Shown: positions 60,069 to 64,000 of the stretch, in pieces
Numbering within the stretch: position 1 is the first letter of the stretch
How the letters are laid out: every line of letters starts with the position of its first letter
Translations under genes and position numbers: made by a program
Notes under the pieces: model-generated
Database searches by the model: none
Told to the model about the DNA's origin: nothing
Seen by the model: only the letters and a program-made list of their open reading frames with translations
Assembly (NCBI GenBank): GCA_046563655.1
Contig: CM102286.1
Span: forward strand, 2,666,001 to 2,730,000
Source: Yuukianura sp. NJ FZ-2021
Taxonomy: Eukaryota
DNA: 64,000 nt
Direction of reading: 5' to 3'

Positions 60069-63000
60069 GGTAAAAGCCCGTTTTCGAATAGAATAGGAAA
60101 ATTTGTTCCAAAAACTGGGAAACTTAATTCCAATCCTTCATGGACTCAACAAGCTACAAAAGAGTAAGAAGAAGCCGGAAATTGGACTCTAGTTCTGAAG
60201 TTTGTGGTTGGAATTATGTGTAGTAGTAAGTAGGAGAGGAAATGTTAGGTTGAATAATCTAACCCTAACCTAAAAAATAGGTTGTGGCTGTGTAGGTATA
60301 GATTATGTTTAGTTGAAAAGTAGTAGTTGTTGAGAATGTTTTGTCTCTATTGTTCTTTTCCTGCGGATAAAGTTACGAAGACAGGAAGTTAGAATGGCGG
60401 GAGGAAGGAAGACAAAGCAGAAATCGATGCTTTCTTTTTTCTTTTCCTACAGGAAACGTAACCCAACTTTTTTCCTGTTCCGTGTTAGCGTTTTTTACAT
60501 TTAGGTTAGATTTAGGCTAAAGTAAAAAAGAAAAGGTGCCAAGCACCTCCTAAACCACTACCGCTGCGATGGAATTACAAACGACACCATTGACTTGAAT
60601 TTTTGTTTGTTTTTTTTTTTTGAAATTTTGTTTTCAAACGAAAAAAAAACGATAGAGTTTCATCCTTTGTTCCAATTTGTGAAGTCTCTGTCAAACTAAT
60701 TGAAAGTCACAAAAGTTAACATTCAAAAGAGAACTCTGACAGTAGAATTAAATAGAACAAACAAAAATCGATTCGTTGTGGGCGGCTTTTTGCTGCTTGT
60801 TGTGAGACAATGGCTCTTCAAACGGAAATAGTTGCGTCGAAATTGAAATTTCAGAAAAACTAGTAATGACTAAAAAGAAACTGAAACTGAAATGCTTTTT
60901 GAAGATGGTCTTGTTACCCTTTGTTTATGATACCATTAGCAGAATCAACGAAATAATTTTCGACACCAAAATACAAACTTTTTTTTTTAAAAGTGAAAGT
61001 TGACATGTAAAAAGTAGAGTACGGTTGGTTAATCATAGTAATTTGAATAAAAAACTAAGCCATTGTACACTTTGAAAAAAAACTTTTCCTTTCATCCATC
61101 ACACTAACATTTTTTATGCGTAATACTTTTTTCTTTCCCTTTTTGAACTTTTGACAAGGGAAGAATGTTTGAAAAGACTAACTTTTTAGATGCCGGAAAA
61201 TTTATGAGAAGTCAATTTCCTTGGACTTGAAGCATAAATTCGGCAGAAAGTTGACAGCGGAAATTGGATTTGAGGCTACTTCAGTTGACTAATTTCTAAT
61301 TCATTCGAAACTACTGTCGGTCCACTTTGAATGTTCCCGCATAAAACTGATCTAGTGGAGGGATGAAGTGGGAGACCAAGAGTGTGATTAGTTGGAATTA
61401 TCCCTAATTCATGTCAAATTTGTCTTATTTTCCGCTCTCTAAAACTAATTCAATGATCCCATGGTTTAGATTTAAACCTTCCAGCCTCCACTCCAGCCAC
61501 ATCCAATCCAGGAAATCTGGAGTGGAAGTGACAAGATTGAGTGAACTCCGGTGGGCCCTTCCCCACCGTTCACAACCAGTTTGCTTTTCAAGTGGATCCT
61601 AAATCGAAAACGGGAGTCTTTAACCACAGTGCAGCTCAACCACGTTAAACTCAAACCGCACTTGACTTAATTTGCAGCAGAAGAAAAACTGATCCTGCGG
61701 CAAACCAACAAAATTCCAATCTTGGCTAATCCGTTCCTGACCGGAAGATAATCAATATACGGTAGGTGCATTTGCGCCGGAATTTTGATTCTAGAATCTA
61801 GGTCACATGTAGCCTATCCTGACTTCATCAAAACTAACCTGAAAAGTCATACCTCACCTGAATTACGGTAGGTTACAAAGAAAAAACCAGGTTTCATGAA
61901 AACTAACCTAATTTAACTTGTATAACATAAACTTAATGGTCTTATATAAACTAAATCTGATCTGATTTTGAAAAGAAAAACCAACTTTTATTTATTGTAA
62001 GCAAGACAAAGCTTTGTCAGAAAAAAAGAACATTTGAGCAAGAATTTCTTGAAAAAGTTTCATGTGTCAATTATTTTGAAAGAAATTGAAAAAAGCATCA
62101 TTAGGTTATGAAAGAATTGAAGAATTTTTTTTTCTTTGAAAACAAAAACGCTGGAGAAAGTCACCCGCTGGACTTGTGAATTCTGAGCTTAACAATAGAC
62201 TTAGTCTAAGGATCAATCCACAATACGCCCAGGAACGCAGTAACGGAGTGTTTCTCCGAAAACTGAAGATGAAAAATTAAGTTTCATCAAATATGGATTC
62301 CAGCGAAGGAGGATGAAGGCGACTCAAGCTCATCCATCACTCAACTCTGATTTTTTTCTTCAGTGATCTTGTTGTCCTTCATCCGAAGAAAGTAGAAAGC
62401 TCAGCAGAGACCAAACACAAAAGCCGCTTTTCAAAAACCTTAAGGAATAACAGTTTTTTAGCTACTTGGAGATTTGAAAGAAGATCTGCAAACAAATCCC
62501 TTCTCTCCGGTGGTTTTTCGTGGCATTTGGCTTATGAATTTTCCATACATTGGAAATTGAAGCTCTTTTCTGGAATAAATCAAAGTGAGGGGTGTTTTGA
62601 ACAGGAGAAAAGCAGTAGGGATAAGGATGCTTTTTAGACGTTTTACCGCGCAGAGATTTTCAAATGTTTCCCGGAAAGAAGAGTAATGGTGTGGTGGTAG
62701 TGGTGGGGCAATCGACGGTGGTAGTGGAGCAAGGCGGGTTCGTTACGGGAACGGGAAGATCCAATAACTAGGAAGTTTCCGCATGAAACATGGAACCAAT
62801 ATCCGAGAGCAAAGTCGGCCTTGTAGTTCCGTATGCCAAGAGTATGAAGGTTCCCAGTGGCTTGTTTCTACAGAAAAGAGAAAGTGTTGGCCATATCTCT
62901 CTTTTCACACTCTCGAATTCACTTTCACTTTTTTAAATTTTCGAGAGCCAGCAGAATGTCCTTGGCTCGGAACAATTTCTTCTCTCCCGCCGAAAGACAC

Positions 63001-64000
63001 ACACAAGCTCTGTCTCCTTTTCCCGCTTGCCTGATTACTCGTTCTTATTTAAATCTTGGCGCTTTCTTTCTCTGTCGGATCAACCTACACACCCAATCAC
63101 GCCTCACTTCCTCCAAACATTTTATACCGTCACCAAGAAAATCTACCAAATAACTCAAAGGACCCGCATAAGCCCTAGACGCCTCTCTCCGAAACTTTGG
63201 AGCTTTCTTTTTTAAATTACCCACTAAATTTTTTCTCAAAGAGCTTAAAAATGAGTGCCAGCTTTCAGGAATTACAATTGGTGAGGTGAAACTCAGTCGG
63301 TTTTGTATTTAAAATGTACATGAAAAATTTCAAGAAAATACGACTAAATTATGAGAGGAGGCACATGAATTCTCACGTCACCCCAAAACTAAAATTTTTG
63401 CTTCCGGTGATGCCTAGTTGGAGGAAAAGTACAAGAAATAAGGAGAATAAAATAAATTCAAGTTCTTTGTGCATTTTTCAAAAAATTTTGCGTTCAGGAT
63501 GATGAGTTATGCTTAAAACGAAGTTGAAGGTTAGCTCCTACATAGTAAGTACGTTACTTTTAATGTGACTGCAGTGCAAACTTTCGCTCTAAAATTTTTT
63601 TCAGGTGAAAGTTTTACTTAAACTGAAGTTTCTGCAGGAACAGTACTAACAAGGCGCTGGACTTTTGTTCCAAAAATGATTCAAAAAAAGTATTGAAACT
63701 TAAAGAACGAGAATTCATTACAAATAAAATAGGTTTTGGTTTTTATCAAGAAACCAGAAGGGGGTAACTTGGCCTGTTAAATACGAAGACACAGAGTGAT
63801 TTGAAGTAGAAAATTAGAATTTGCTAGCTTTCTAGGACCCTCTTAGACCATTTCTTAGCAGACTTGAATAAAAGCTAGGTAAGGAGAAAGTGTTCTAACC
63901 AGATCGTATGTGTTCTAAAAGTCTTTCTGGTTTGTGTCCTAACGCAGCCCAAGACAAAGTTAGTCTTTTGTCAGCCATTCAATTCAATATGAACAAAACC

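Noticed and set aside
60240..60520. TTAGG/CCTAA telomere-like words (also near 19268, 22093, 31261, 41990, 61903)
   Set aside because: Only one or two units at a time; no array, so not a telomere or a supportable interstitial telomeric repeat.
56900..64000. Short ORFs and possible 5' exons of the GPCR
   Set aside because: No signal peptide or N-terminal Venus-flytrap motifs recognised; ORFs are low-complexity K/F-rich, typical of AT-rich intron.

Overview
AT-rich eukaryotic (metazoan, most likely arthropod/pancrustacean) genomic DNA with GT-AG introns; not prokaryotic. The first ~29.6 kb is gene-dense with short introns: two tandem secreted beta/gamma-crystallin-like genes, a TIR-bounded 41-bp tandem-repeat element, an acyl-CoA-binding protein, a TRPA-type ankyrin channel, a large orphan secreted protein built from many micro-exons, an ARF-family GTPase, a C-type lectin, a third (probably GPI-anchored) crystallin-like gene, an SLC22 transporter, two tandem divergent DNA polymerase eta-like genes and a Lifeguard/TMBIM gene. 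The remaining ~34 kb is mostly non-coding and holds at least 15 exons of a long-intron class C GPCR (mangetout/mXR-like, minus strand, 5' exons not found) plus several MITEs. The most notable signal is the Pol eta-like pair: both keep the catalytic carboxylates, both have Ala at the steric gate (DMDCFA vs human DMDCFF), both are fused N-terminally to what looks like a catalytically dead retropepsin-like domain, and both lack the Pol eta C-terminal tail. All gene models and family calls were made by eye without database searches; exon boundaries are predictions.
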